From assembly GCA_051294905.1 (NCBI GenBank), contig CM119381.1:16430001-16494000 (forward strand): a stretch of DNA of 64,000 nt. Reading direction: 5' to 3'. The position numbers and the translations under genes are program-made. The DNA is from Botryllus schlosseri (taxonomy: Eukaryota). The stretch's first letter is position 1. Each line of letters opens with the position of its first letter. Positions 11,501 through 25,274 of this stretch are shown here, piece after piece. A model generated the notes under the pieces. It was not told where the DNA came from. It did not search any database and was given only the letters and a program-made list of their open reading frames with translations.

Positions 11501-14500
11501 AGGCCTACTCGTCTCGAGAAACGGCACCGCTGCGCAAGTCAAGCCTGACCCAAGTAACGTTGAGATGAGAATTGGCTTTCGACCGTGCCGTTTCAGAAGC
11601 AATACAACCGCAGCGTAGGCAGGTATCTCCACGGCCGCCGCTATAAAGCAGTTGATGTAAGGGTTTCGTCCCATGTTTGATGTGTTAAATGCCACACCGT
11701 AATAGATAACGGAACACACGAACCTGAAAAGGGATGGTTGAAGCACGGCCACAGATTTGAAACAGTATTTAAACTTCCTGCGTAATAGTCACGGAGTGGA
11801 GTATAGTTTTGACACCTCAACGACATCGCGACTTGCGAAAGAAATACAAGACCTTTATCACCCCTTGGAATTCTTATCGTAGGCCTAACTCACGCCTAAT
11901 AAGAACAAGTAATGGAATATGTGCAATGTGCATTGTGCATGTACAATATGTTAAATGTACAATCCTGCATAACATAGGCAAATAGTACCGTAAATTGTTA
12001 GCTACACACGTGTCAGTATATTTCAACTACGATATAAATAATATATGGGCCTAAAAGCCCTGCAAGATATGTATTCAAAATAGCCGATATTGGTGTATCT
12101 ACGACAGGTTTCTTTCCAATTGTTTGTTGAAATATAACTAATCATTAACTAGAATTAGGGTTGCATTTAAAACAAAAATCAATTTACAACAAACATGTTT
12201 AGATCAAGGCCCTTGTTTAAAACGTATTTTTTTTGTTTTTTTGTTTTTTCATTCATGACGTCACGAATATTTAACTGTGACGTCACAGTGGATTGACAAT
12301 GACAATTGAAAATGTTGGCTAAATATGGCTCCTTCGACAAAAAGGGCTTCCGATCACTGTCATAAACAGAGCAAAAATATCTTCATGCAAGACTACATCG
12401 TTAGGCAGCATTTTTACAGTTGGCGGTCATCATAATCAGAACACCCATTTATTACCACTGATCTATATCTACGAGCAAAAACTGTTGAATCGACGACGAT
12501 TTCGAGGGCTCCAGCCACCCCACATCGTATACGTCGAATATTTTGAGTGCAAGTCGTCCGCACGCTTATACTACACTACATGCTTTTTCGGACGTATTCA
12601 CACAATTATGGCATAATTAGACAGCGTTTGAAAAAAAGCACAATTTTGTTTTTTTCAAAAAGGCATTTGTTTAAAACACCGTTGTTTAAAACACCGTTTG
12701 TTTTAAATGCAACCCTAACTAGAATACTAACTAACTTGGATACGTAAAATATAATTCATACTATATTTCTGAAACTTTGGACTGTGCAAAATAGAACGTA
12801 CTAAGGTTCAGAGAAGAATTCTGATTCATATAGTATCAATACATTAATGTATTACAAACACTTCGCTTACCAGACACACCACATGCATAGCGTTCGAGGC
12901 AGAACAGATTTGATTAGGAATAGATCGAGAAAAGAATAACGACGGTCGTGAAATCTTGTCGCCGCGTCAGCTACTATCGTGCTTGCATCATCAGCGATCA
13001 TTGATTTGTTCTCCGGAATATGATCCTACAGGGGTCAAAACATTGTTGTCCATCGCAAGTTTTGACCGGAATCGTAACAAGACAAGTGTTATGTTATGTG
13101 TTGTTAAGCCTACGGACTTCACCAGGTCTCGCAAATACGCTACACCGCGCCGGCTTCCCTATAGCCACTCATTACGTGTTTCCAACTGACCGACTCTTGG
13201 TGAAATGCTTTCAAAAGCTGCTCCGTTCTCGCCTTCGTTACACCATTGGTTTTGGCAATCTTATGGAATAATTTGTTGAATTCATCGGTTTTGTTCTTGG
13301 TGTACAACCACCGTGGAGATTCCGTCATTAACCTAAAAAAATACATCCTAACCATAATAGCCTACGTTTAAGGAGACTGAGTGCGGTATAGCTTGCCGGA
13401 TCCGACAATATAAATATAAATATATGACAAATTGACAATAACAAGCGTAAAATTCAATATAGATATGCAGGATATGTAATATTATCATAAGGGTGCATGA
13501 GCATTGAGCAAGGCCAGTCTATTGAGTAACATGATATTTCAAAAAAAAAACAGTGTCCTCACCAAAAATATGGGATAAAACAAATTCCAGTAGACGCCAG
13601 AACAAAGCAAAGATGTCTCCAATCACCAACTAAATATGCGAACAAGGGTAGAAGCATGTATCCCATTGCGAATCCGCCAACAACCAGAGTGCCAGTCATA
13701 GCTCGATCTTTGGTATTGATCATCTCGGCCGCTTTATGAACAGAGAATATTTGATTGATCATGATAAAAACTACACATACAACATCTATAAATTGAGTCA
13801 TCGTTCACGGAAACAAGATTAAATCATCCCAGTCGCGACTACTTTATTGAGCGTTTTAATACCACCATGCCATCGTGGAGCATCTATAGTTAATTTGTTA
13901 CATGGTGACATTTAGATATTTTGCATAACTATCTGCAACAGCATTCACAAAGCTATACAAGCAAAAGAGTCGCTTCACTAGTCTGACTATATATATAATA
14001 TACATATTGAAAAGGGGGTAAATTGGTTAAAGTTGTATATACTTCTCGGTTAACACTTTATTGCTGCTAGTCACGATTATCATCGTAATTCGTAACTATA
14101 GATAACTAGTAGCCTAGTTAATCTATGCGGCAGTGAATCCGAAATTCCTATTGTGCAAATTGAAAATCCAACTATACACCCATTAGCAATGTCCAAAACT
14201 CATTAAAAAGTCACATTCGCATTAATTCCCAGGTCGAAAACTAACAGTTAAACAATCATTCAGTTTATCAAATGTCGCACTTCCAAATACGAGCGAGATC
14301 AGCGATTCCGTCTTTTTCAAATCCAAATCCATGTTCAAGTTCATTGTTCATTTATCATCTCCATAAAACGAAATTCGAAATTACAATTCATTTATTTCGT
14401 ACCCATAATGAAAGCGGTGATGTAGTTCACCATTGTGACAAGTCCGGCCACTGAAAAGAAAATGGCAAATACAGTAGGAGACGGGGCTGTTCCGCATAAC

Positions 14501-17416
14501 CCAAAAGATATGAACATAAGTACTGTTCCGGTCATGAACGTGGGATAGCGGCCGAATCTGGAATATTTATAACGCAACATTAGCATATTTCTTATGCAAA
14601 CTTGAAAATTACTGACTTGTCAGAAAATGCTCCAGTCAACAATGAACCAATGAGTACTCCGCCCATATATAGTGACGTTATAAGTGGATTTATCCATTTT
14701 CTCTCGCATACCAAATTCCACTGTAAAACACGAACGGTAGAATAAATATTTCATCACTCGTTACTCGAACAGAACTTTTATCAATGGTTCCGTTTTGTAC
14801 TCTCGGGAGCTGCGCAGTAGGCATATTATTCCCTAGGCCCCAGGACTTACACTATGCCAGTGTTGTAGGTATGCCCCGAGACCAAGATAGCATCATTTTG
14901 CATTAGGTCTTCTCTGAAAGTTGGTATTGATGGGGAAATTGTGCATCGTAAAGGAATTGTAATTAATTTATTATTATTAATATTATTAATAATATTATAA
15001 TGACGCCATTAAACATGAATTAGCTACGAGTATGCTGATTACGATTAATAACGACTTATGGGATTTTTCTTCGGTTTTCACGGTGCTGCTAAGAACTCGC
15101 TGCCGACTCCCAGTATACGTCCTACCGCGCGTGGTTAGGGTTTATGCACTGCTGATGTGGCGCGGAGAGTAGCAAAAATTCTAGAGGCCTCTGTTGGATT
15201 TGAACCCTGAAATCTTATGGTGAAGGAATAGCCTACCTGAGCCGCTCAAGTAGAGCGGACTTTCATTTGTAGCCATTCGTCGATTACCACTCCATAAACA
15301 TGTCGGGAATAGCACTATAAATATGTGCAATTGTGCATATAATATTTTTGTCAAGTGATAACTTCAATGAAATACGTTAGGCAATTACCTCCGTAACGAT
15401 ACTTGTGCGTCCTTCTTCCACCTCATAAAGGTATCCGTACGGGCAGCCGAAGTCGTTGCACGTATCATTAAAAACAGACTGAAAAATCAATCAAACTGTC
15501 ACCTCGTTGTACAGGTAGGCCTACGTTCGTCGCAATTGTCGCAACGTTGAAAAATTATAAAGATCTTCGGCATTGAAGAACTTCATAGCGTACTTCGAGG
15601 CTTTACAAAGCAATACTTTAAAATTGATGACTTTTCTGAAAGATTCTGATATTTCCTGCGTCAGAGTAACGTGATTCCGTATAGTTCGGCTATAAATATT
15701 GAAATGATGGTGATTCGGGATTTTTGAAAACATCATACACGGTAAGTCACATATAATCTAGACCAGTGATTCTAAAACTTTTAAGACACGCCCCCTTTTA
15801 TGATAGTGAACAATTTCGCGCCCGCTAGTCGTCATACCACAAAATGCAACCAGAATGCGAGAGATCCCAACGGATAGTTTGATGGCATGGAAGGTTATGT
15901 GTGATGATGGGCGAATTCTTAAATACGCAATTAGAACTATACACAGAGCAAGAACTATGAATTGAACTTTGGAGTTAAATCGCGCGGAGCACGAAAAAGA
16001 TTTTCAGTTGACCGCAGCTTTGCGCCTCACCTTCAGATGCTTTCACGCGCCCCTAATTTGAGAACCACTGATCTAGGCAGTTGCATTATATATGGAGTCG
16101 TGTCGTCTATGGACAAGTCGGGTGGGTTGTGATGACCAATGACCATAGATTGGCCGAATATGTATATTAGAATGATGATGGTGATGATGAGTATACCTGT
16201 TGTAAGGATCGTATTTAGCCAGAAGAGAAATTGTTTTTGTGACGGAAATATTTCAGCGTCACCGACCCAACTTGACGTCAATATATAACGATTTCACAAC
16301 TTCAAACTACGACGTTTCGAAAAGAGGACAAGTAAAATGCAGAGATTCCTATGCACGCACTGATTCTGTGAAATGCAAACAGTGGTCTTAGTTTCACATT
16401 ACCAAATCGGATGCGATGACCGAATCATAAATAACAAAGGAACCATGAAACATGATATCGCCGGCGGTGAAGCGTGATGTCATCGCTGATACTTAAAACA
16501 CCGGCTAATAGTCGCAATTGATGATTATCAACTATGCCGCCCAATCCTATAGTCTGACAAGAAGCAATGTCTAAAACGTACATACTCGCTGAGTCACTGC
16601 TAACGTCAATATGGAGGCAATAACGGCAATAATATTCCTATATGCGGGACAATAACTACAATGCAACGGGACGGCTACAGGCCGATGGGACACCGACAGA
16701 AAATCGATTCCAAGCGCCCGCATAGAGCAGACAGATTGTAAGTAAGAATTCCCACTAATAAGCGCAGTCCTTAATCTACATATACTTACTTGTGGTGAAT
16801 GCTGAGTGGAGTTATTTGGAGTATGGCTTTCGATATAAACTGAAAAATATACACCACTCTAGTCAAACAGATCGACATACTATTATCCTGTAGATAGGCT
16901 ATATTCTTCTAAGCAATCGTTTTGCTTGTCGAGTCATCGCAGTATAATAAGCTACACTTGTACTTCTACGTTTTCGACAGCAATTCATCATATCGTATAT
17001 GTTATCCATCGATGACCTGGATTAATATTAAATGGTAACGAAATTCTGTTTTTGAGACACGGGATAGGAGTTGAGTAGAGTACCCTTGTTATGAAGAGAT
17101 TTCGTATTTACGAGAAAAGGGTTGTAAAGTACTACGTAGTCCGAACCCCCTTTTAGACACTGCGCCTATAATCTAAACATACTTGGACAGGGGTTGAATG
17201 CTTACCAGATTGATCACGATATTCATTTCCAGAAGGTTCGAAACAAGCGAACTTCGGCGATCTCCCAACAAATACTATACATAAGGCGAAGTAGCCGTTC
17301 GGTGCCGCACTCAAAGTCAGCAGAACGCAAAGTAACTTTTGAAATTTCCCGAATTCTCCTATTTCCCTCATGAGATTATCATAACGCAGACTGCGTGGAT
17401 CACGTTCCAGACCCAT
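8558..17416 (-). CDS. SLC22A: SLC22-family organic cation/anion transporter (MFS), 11 exons, 556 aa
   Basis: Exons 17416-17183, 15478-15389, 14720-14617, 14557-14403, 13731-13563, 13332-13191, 13025-12871, 11723-11509, 10340-10158, 9783-9657, 8654-8558; all GT-AG, phases consistent, total 1671 nt. Motifs IGEFGKFQ, SIVTEWNLVC, SDKFGR, ESPRWL, SELFPT.MRS, LPETK. Subfamily member not resolvable. Confidence 0.93.
8975..9245 (+). mobile_element. 5'-truncated RTE-like LINE 3' end in SLC22 last intron
   Basis: ...RRFRLIGYLVRHQDEQPA...RRGGWNRRTWRSTMETDL...AHDRLRWRRL matches the pattern of RTE ORF C-termini. Confidence 0.8.
12156..12717. mobile_element. hAT-type MITE family D (TIR TAGGGTTGCATT)
   Basis: Exact 8-bp TSD actagaat (12148-12155, 12718-12725); homologous to 20664-21113. 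Confidence 0.9.
15060..15260 (-). mobile_element. tRNA-derived SINE-like fragment
   Basis: Minus strand carries a B-box-like GGTTCAAATCC within a tRNA-like head; no complete cloverleaf. Confidence 0.45.
15764..16070. mobile_element. Charlie-like hAT MITE family E (CAGTGRTTCT...AGAACCACTG)
   Basis: TSD atctagac/atctaggc (1 mismatch); homologous to 22880-23159. Confidence 0.85.
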
Positions 17417-17704
17417 CAGCTTTTGAGTATAGATACAGTTCCAAGGACAGGAATACACTCCAACTGTCCAACATCGACGCTTTGCCTCTGCTGTGGTGTA
17501 GTCTGAAAATGGCGAATCACTCGACAACAGACCACACTCTATTCAAATGAGAATTTGGCTGCAGAATACTTATGGGCAGCGTTATTCACACGAAACGAGA
17601 GAGAACATTTCAAGTTGAAAGGTAACGAGAGAGCAAAATATTTCGTCGGACGTTCAATACAAACTACGATATCGCACTAATAGAACAATGCAAAATATAT
17701 TAAA

Positions 17705-17830
17705 TTCAATCAATCAATCAATCAGGTTTATTAATATTTTCATCGTTTCAAAACACCACAAGACTGCGATACAATGAAAAGATAGGAAGGTGTCGAGTAG
17801 CCTTTAAGATCAGACACCCACCGTAGCCTA
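17705..17830 (-). repeat. LINE 3' tail remnant ending in AATAAA plus (GATT)n
   Basis: Minus strand ends ...aataaacctgattgattgattgattga; a similar tail at about 35720-35840 (+) and a related cagacaccc segment at about 55410-55480. Confidence 0.5.
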
Positions 17831-18456
17831 GGCGAAGTAAATAAGATTAAATGATTGCCTGGGTGATCCGATATGACATTGTTTTACATGGGAGTTCGGA
17901 AGCGACAGTTTAAACTATTGTTGATGTAAACTATGCTGGCTTATATACACAATTACACATACATCAAGTTCGATTCAATCAGTATCAGTATGAGTTTATT
18001 TATATTTTCATCATTTCAATGACGATATGCAAATAAATAAATAATGAACATAATGATTCGGGCGATATCTCTACGTTCTATGGGGCATAAGGCGAGAAAT
18101 CATGCGGGCCAATAACGATATAGCTAGACGCGAGACGTGAATGTGTGGTTTGAATTTTGTAAACCGTGCATGACTCATTATTTTATCACATTGGGCGGGT
18201 ACAGGCGAATTCGCCAAGGTTGAATGAACACAAGTTCTACTCGTCTTGTGTCGCCAACCAGCGTGTTGACTGCTGGATTTACAATGGTTAGTATCATGTT
18301 TATGATCATTTTTATGAATTCAAAGTATACTTTACGAAACGCAATACAATGAGACGAAACGAAGGAGTCGAAATGAATTGGTGAAGTCAATTATCAAACT
18401 CCCCCCTTGGCCTACAAATATATAGCTGCCACTCACAAAATGGTTCAAGAGAAGGA

Positions 18457-18709
18457 TCAGATTTTCGCCTGCACCGTTGAGATGTCTCGAGGATGGCGAT
18501 ATACGATACAACTTGGTCTAGTCTGCAGTCTCTGCACTACCAATTTTCTTCTCCATGCTATCCGTGAATGCTGACTTGCTGAGCCCATAGCTGGATAGCC
18601 GCGGTCCGTGAATACCAGTTCTCGGGTCTTTGGTCTGAACCGGCCGGGGATTGAATCCACGGCCTACTGATCAATAAGCAGGCCGTATCACCATTACGCT
18701 ATCTCGCCC
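18457..18709 (-). mobile_element. MetaSINE-like tRNA SINE, copy 1
   Basis: tRNA-like head (gatagcgtaatgg...ggattcaatcc) followed by ggttcagaccaaagac...ctggtat...tcagcatt. Confidence 0.65.
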
Positions 18710-18991
18710 GATGTTTTCATTAGCTGATAAGCTGGGCGGCTCGCGGGTAAAATAAATCTTGCGAGATGCAAGATGCTAGGAAGAGTGAATTTACTTCAGC
18801 TCTTCCATGGTTCTAGTTGCAGATTTTGAAAATTGGGTAGTTCTAGTGCTAGTTGCTAGTTTATATAATTGAGTAGTTCTAGTTGCGCTTTTTGAAAATC
18901 CAATAGTTTGTACAAGTCTAGCTGCAGAGTCGGGCTCGCTAGTAATCTTATGGTAGAGTGAGATGTCGAGTATATATGTGTCATGTTATCA

Positions 18992-19448
18992 TAGGCTTAC
19001 CATACGTCCTCTTTTAAGAGGATTTGTCCTCTTTTTTGACTTTTTTGAAAGTGTCCTCGGAGGACGCCCTTTTGTCCTCTTTTTTGAGATTTTGTCGTCT
19101 GTTTTGAAAATTTAGGTCAGATTTAGAGGAAATCGCGAGTGATATGCCGTAAATTAGCGCAGAAGTGAAGCTCCGGCGGGTAATACGGAGGGAAAAGTGG
19201 TGATTTAAGCCCCGAGCGAAAAGAAGACCTTTTTTTTTTTTTTTTTTAGTCAACCACCTGGCAATGTAGAGAGAAAAACGTTATTCGTTATTTTGAGCTC
19301 TGAGTGGAAGTGATGACCTTTTTTTTTAGTCAACCGATCACGAAGTGGGAAAAATTTACCGGTTTTTGAGAATTCTTCTCCAGTTTTGCATGTCTGAAAT
19401 TTCTGAAAAAGTGTCCTCTTTTTACATTTCCAAAATATTGTAAGCCTA
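18992..19448. mobile_element. MITE family A, copy 2 (inverted relative to 550-954)
   Basis: Same TIR and interior as 550-954; TSD not preserved. Confidence 0.85.
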
Positions 19449-19603
19449 TATATATATATATATACTCTTATCGAAAAGAGTGCGTATTTCCACCCGTGCA
19501 CCACCTCTGATATACAGGTGTTAATGTACAGTGCAGTCAGTGCACAGTGTACAATGTACAGTGTACACTGTACACCCATGGCACACGAAACCAGAACCTC
19601 TCT

Positions 19604-19912
19604 CAGACTTATGGTCTGTGGACATATGAGCAGTGAGCACTGAGCAGGCGACATTAAAGCATGCGACAATCGGGCATGCTACACATGAGCTTGTGGCTTA
19701 GGTCACGGGTTAGGGGTAGTAATGGTTGGGTTAGGGTAAGGCTGGCGTTAGGATATATAGGAGATAATCTCAGGGCTATGTTTCGGGTTAGGGTTAGTTT
19801 TTGGATTACAAAGTCACATGCTAAAGTGACGCATGCTAATGTGTCACATGCTCAACTGTCGTTTTCCATTGTGCATGCTCATATGCATGCTCATATGTCG
19901 GGCAACCCAGAC
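19604..19912 (-). mobile_element. Helentron-associated (HINE-like) non-autonomous element
   Basis: 12-bp subterminal inverted repeats gacatatgagca (19621-19632) / tgctcatatgtc (19888-19899), a terminal hairpin cagac-ttatg-gtctg and internal GGTTAGGGTTAG-like tracts. Confidence 0.55.
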
Positions 19913-20663
19913 TTGTACCGCGGTACAAATCGAGTACTACATTTTAATCCAAATTATGCATGCACGTAGAAAGGTGCATGTACGTACGTCCGAGTTCATT
20001 AGCGCAGGAAGCTGATCCGATCGATGTATTATCGGCATTGTCACATGTAATTAACCATAAATTTCTGCTATTATCTTGGTAAATTTGAAATAAATTTAAT
20101 AAATTCAACAGGATGCCGGCTGGGTGCGCGCCTGCTAGTATCGTAACTGCTAGTATCGTAACTTTGTCACTGTACACAAGCGACTATTGAGCGCTCACTT
20201 GTCGGCTCACGTGTCAATTCTGACATATTATGACGCCGCCTCTTTATGACGTCATCGATCCCGCATACCCTCAGAAAATTAGAGTTCAGCGCATATCGTA
20301 CGTGTGGGCGATTCCAATATCTTTCGAGTGCCCACACTGCAGTCATTCCCGGAGGTCACGAATAATTGCAACATGCTTCATCAAAATAGTTAATAACAGA
20401 GATTAAGTCGGATATAACCTCATGCATTGTATGTGTGGTATGGCTGATGTATAATTACGTGCCATAAATTTCTCAAGACACCACTTCCACCGGTAAATTT
20501 GATCACGTTGGCTGAGAGAGGATCCAAAATTGATAGTATGGCACATACCATTATTGATAAATTTCGCGCTTGGTGTGACAAGAAAGAAATGCGCACTGCG
20601 TTCCGTAACACTAGTACAGGCGATTTGGGTGCGAACTAAACCGATAGAAAGACATATACAAGT

Positions 20664-21113
20664 TAGGGCTGCATTAAAATCAAAAATCAATTTGAAACAA
20701 AACATGTTTAAAACATATGGCCCTATTGTTTAAAACATGTTTTTTACTGTTTTTTTTAGCCAATAAAATGTATCGGGTAAATATGCCTCCTTCGACGAAA
20801 CAGCCTCCCGACCACTGTCATAAACAGACCAAAAATATCTTTAACTGGGACTCCAGTAGCACTTTTCAGGTCGGCTGTCATCATCATCAGAATAGCCACT
20901 CCGTACCAACGATCTATATCTATGCTATAACTGTTGAACCGACGACGATTTCGAGGGTTTCAGCCGATTCACTCCACATCTTATACGTCGATTATATTGG
21001 GTGCAAATCGTCCGTAACCTCATTCTACAAGTTCTTAGAAAGTATTTACAGAATTATGACACGATTATTTTGAAAGGCATTTTTCTAAATTATTTGTTTC
21101 AAATACAACGCTA
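20664..21113. mobile_element. MITE family D, copy 2
   Basis: Homologous to 12156-12717; flanked by a (t)atacaagt duplication. Confidence 0.85.
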
Positions 21114-21735
21114 TATACAAGTCTTGCGTACGCTGTTATAGGCTCGTAATTCTACCCTTCATTGAGGGCGTGCGTTTTTGCGAATCGGGTGAACCGGTTG
21201 TCGAGCATTTCCAGCCTATTAGTTGGTGATATTTATTATAATAAACCAATTTATTAGTGACATAAGTGGCATAGTCAAGGAAGGGAACGATATGACTGTA
21301 ATTAAGATGTAGCCTACTGTTGGGACTCGTATTCCATGTGCACAAAGACATGTCTATCCAATGCCTTGAAACCTTAAATGACGGTACCACACAGGACCAA
21401 AACAGCACTTCGTCAGCTCCCCCCCAAACAAACGGTGATCTTGGGCCCAAACCCAAACTTCTGGGGGGCTGCGTCCCCAGACCCCCCATCACACTGTATG
21501 TTTTACTGTTACTTTTATCGGCGACATTTGTTGTTCTGTTTATAGTAACTTTAGTTAATAGTCTAACCGCGAGATGCGCGAGAACTTTCCATAATTCATG
21601 ATTGAATTGGTTAATATGATCGGGAATTGCATATATATTGGTATGAGATTTTTATCCTCTCTCTGCTGACGTAATCAGATTTACCGGTAGAGCTGAGTCA
21701 GGTGTCTTGGAAAATGTAGTGCCCGTAAATAATAA

Positions 21736-22860
21736 CACTGTGATGCGTTTGAAAATTAATTTTCAAAGGTCAAAGATGTTTTAACTTTTTTTGGATTATT
21801 TTTTTGCGCTGAACTCAAAAATGAAACCAGTTTTTCTCAATCAGGTCAAGTTTTTTCTCTACGGCATATTCAATTATGCCAGCTTTTGTTCATTATTATA
21901 CACAAAGAAACTAATTTATGTGGTAGCGGGGCCTACGATAACTAAGTTATTATTATTAACTTAAGTTATCGTAGGCCCCGGTGGTAGCTTAATTGCTCAT
22001 GCATGTTGTCAATTTTTGCAAGATGGTAGGCCTATTTATATTTGAATTCAAGGTTTTGCAATGACAGCCGTTTTAAATACTACTAAAATATAATAACAAA
22101 ATTGAAATAAAGGCAATTACAACTGACCAAGAAATCATAATTTTGTTCAATGGCGCTCAACCTAACAGAAAAAGGTAAAAGTTAATATGTTACACTATAG
22201 ATACGTAAACACGTAAACATCAAAAATGCGTTTTAAATGCGAAACCATTGCCAACATCAATGTGTGAAGTGTGAAATGAAAACGAAGTATCAAAATAGCT
22301 TAACAAAGAAAGCGTCGTGCGGAACCAGATGACATAAGAAACTGATGCTGATATTCCGACGACAAATACAATAACAATATAAGATACAAATGATTTATGC
22401 TGATCATAAATGTCGCTTCAAAGATTATCTTACATGTTTGGAGTTACGTGCGGATCTCTTTTTAAGCACCAATGGTTATCTGCAAACATGTTCACGTCCC
22501 TGTATCCTTGATACCCTTCTTCCATTCGGCGAAGGTCTTGGTGGAATCTCTCTCCTTGGTGTTCGGTGTAATCACCACAGTTGACTGGAAAACAATCCTA
22601 ATGAGAACTCAGAAAGTGCATTTTCACAGACATCAGGGTTCCAACTTCCAAGGGATTGAAAGCTTCCAAGCAGTTCTTTGACCTGTGGTTCGTAATCAGG
22701 GCTTCTATATGCGTTCCTGGGAATTTTAAAATGACTACTCGAAAAGCTGCCCTTGGTCATTTTTCTACTGCACCCATGTGTGCAGTGAAACCTTCGTCTT
22801 TGATCAGTTCACAGATGTGGCCTATGCCCAAAGCTGATATAAATCCTTAAACGTCTTTAC
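21736..22860 (-). pseudogene. Decayed Chapaev3-like (CMC superfamily) transposase with terminal region
   Basis: Minus strand 22400-22850 with stops and frameshifts: ELIKDEGFTAHMGAVEK...YEPQVKELL...MSVKMHFLSSH*DCFPVNCGDYTEHQGERFHQDLRRMEERYQGYRDVNMFADNHWCLKRD; terminus CACTG at 21736 preceded by TAA. Family name assigned from recalled motif HFLxSHLDxFPxNxGxxSxEQGERFHQD. Confidence 0.75.
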
Positions 22861-22879
22861 AGTAGCCTATACTATAGGG

Positions 22880-23159
22880 CGGTGGTTCTCAAACTTTTTT
22901 AGACACGCCCCCTTTTTAAAGTGAAAAATTTCGCGCCCCTTCTAGTGATATTACGAAATATTAAAGGGAGAAATAAGATTGGTAGCAATCCCAACGGATA
23001 GTTTGATGGCATTGAAGGTTATGGCTATTGATGAGATAATTCTCAAATATGAACTTCGGACAATAGACAATAGAAATACCATGAGCTGCTGGAAACAGCG
23101 GCCTCGCGACCCCCTTCAGATGCTTTCGCACCCCCCCCCCACCACTTTGAGAACCACTG
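22880..23159. mobile_element. MITE family E, copy 2
   Basis: TSD ctataggg/ctttaggg; sits at the break of the Chapaev-like remnant. Confidence 0.85.
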
Positions 23160-24568
23160 CTTTAGGGAATGGTCTTTGTCATAATTGAAGTATTTTCTAA
23201 ACTTTTCATCAAAACATCATTGCTTAATCCTGTTCATGACGTCACAAATCTTAATCGCATAACGCTGAAAGCTGCAGTTTTTGTAAATTCTAAAAATCTA
23301 GACCTGATTGAATAAAACGGATAACAGTTTTGGATTCGGCATCAAAAAGTACACTAACAACCGTCAATACTTTAGTGACCTTATAATGAACGCAGCAAAG
23401 TGTAATTAAACAAATTTAAAAAAAAACGTTGATATAATGACTTTGTTACATGATGTTATTTCGTGATATCCTGCCTGCGATACGTTTTTGAAAAATTTGC
23501 ATAAATTGTCAAAAAATACTCTATCACTAATATTAATTCACGAAACAATTTTGGGGCCCCTTCGAGGTCGGGCCACCCCAATTGAGGGGTTTGGTAGTTA
23601 CGGTTCTGGTACCACAGCATACAAAACAATTGCTTATTTGTTACAAGGTACAAATTTAACAAATATAAGCCTATCTCTAGGGAAATTCTGTTGGTGCATG
23701 CTGAATTGTTGATCGACTCGCAGTCGCAGCGTGGTCACGATAAAGAGCTAACCACGTGGTCAAAGAAACTCACAGAATAAGTTTCGGTGATGTGGGTAAC
23801 TGTCGTTATTTTCATTGTGATCGCATGATATTTAAACTACACTACGCGATCCATATTTACTGCCACGGTATTGCAACGTGAGACAAATGAGTGGTAACCC
23901 ACTCGACTATGTGATTTTAATCGAAATATATTCACTGGCCTTTTCGAATGCTTTATGTTTCGTAGTGTCAGAAGACATGTCCTCACGACAGCCTTTGCAT
24001 CTACAATATCAGGAGAATTGACCACTTGCCCTCCGAGGACGCACTATTGTCCTTTTTTATTACGTTGATTGTTCGGCGAGTGCATACAGACAACCAAAAA
24101 AGGTTATATCGCGCAAAAATACTCGTGAAATAGGTGGCAATGTAGGCCTAATTGATCCGACGGTTGACTAAAATGAAGGTCAACCAAGCCTAAATTGGTC
24201 GTGGAAAACGGTTTTCAGGTGCCCTGCCCAGTCGGGAAAATGACCTTGTTTTAATCAACCAACGAGCGATTACCATATTCTTGAAGACATCCAGTTTTAA
24301 TGTTTGTTAATGTTCCTTGTTAAAAGTGTCCTCTTTCTCCGATCTCAAAATATGGTAGCCTAACCCTAATCAGCACAAGAAGTCACACTACACATACTTA
24401 CCGTCCTCCAACGAAAATTCTCCTCACAATATGTTTTACAAATGCTATGCATCGCATGAATTTTCAATACTTCATCAAACGACACCAGATCATCCTTTGA
24501 GAATGACGCCGTGAATGAGACTTGCCAAGTCATTATTTCACATAATTTAGGCTAGGAATCGCCTGAAT

Positions 24569-24891
24569 CAGTGGTTCCCAACGGGGTCGACAATGTTGGA
24601 ACGTCCAACGAGATACATTTATCAACAAGGCCAAAATATGCACGTGAAGACGGCCTATTCTGCATATGACGCAAAAAAACGTCAACTCAACGGAAAGCAG
24701 ACGCGAAAATCGGTTTCCCGAGCACCTACTAGGAAAAATGACCCTTCATTAGTCTATTCACTAGCGATCAAAGTCACGTGAATAAATTTCCTGTTTACAC
24801 GTCCTCTTTTTCGGTTTCGGAATTGTGGGGGGCGAAAATTCGTGTCAAGCCTGATGGGGGGCGATGAGTCGAAAAAGGTTGGGAAGCACTG
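24569..24891. mobile_element. Charlie-like hAT MITE (CAGTGGTTCCCAAC)
   Basis: TIR cagtggttcccaac / gttgggaagcactg; degenerate TSD gcctgaat/tcctaaat. Confidence 0.75.
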
Positions 24892-25274
24892 TCCTAAATA
24901 GAGACGAAATTGATGACTTTCCAGTTACGTCAGTACGCGGATCCGCCTGAACAAAACGAGAAGTGGTCCGCGACCAACGAAGTTCAATCAACCCTTGTTT
25001 ACATGCTTTTCTATCTCGAATATGCCAACCTTAGTTGGGCAACAAAGTCGATTATTATTCGTCAATATCATTCATTAATATTGAAATCTAATAAATTCTC
25101 AGTGGCACGCATTCACAAAATCTACCGAACGTGATTTCATCGCGTATATTTCAATAAAATTTCATATATATTCCGTGAAGAAATGTCAGGCAAAAACACC
25201 GGTCGCAGTGGAGAACACGTAGTATCGCTAGTCCATGTCATTTGGATCTGTAAGAGAACCTTTCTCGTCAAGCT

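Noticed and set aside
15080-15170. Possible HDV-like ribozyme (acgtcctacc...)
   Set aside because: No consistent P1/P2/P3 pairing could be built.
17537-17554. Minus-strand attctcatttgaatagag upstream of SLC22 resembles the ascidian spliced leader ATTCTATTTGAATAAG
   Set aside because: It needs two indels; a rough estimate gives about one such match by chance in an AT-rich window of this size, and no SL-RNA donor or Sm site follows.
21320-21601. 93-aa ORF resembling a type II membrane protein
   Set aside because: It overlaps a ggggggctgcgtccccagacccccc motif common in repeats, the hydrophobic run comes from T-rich DNA, and no downstream exons were found.
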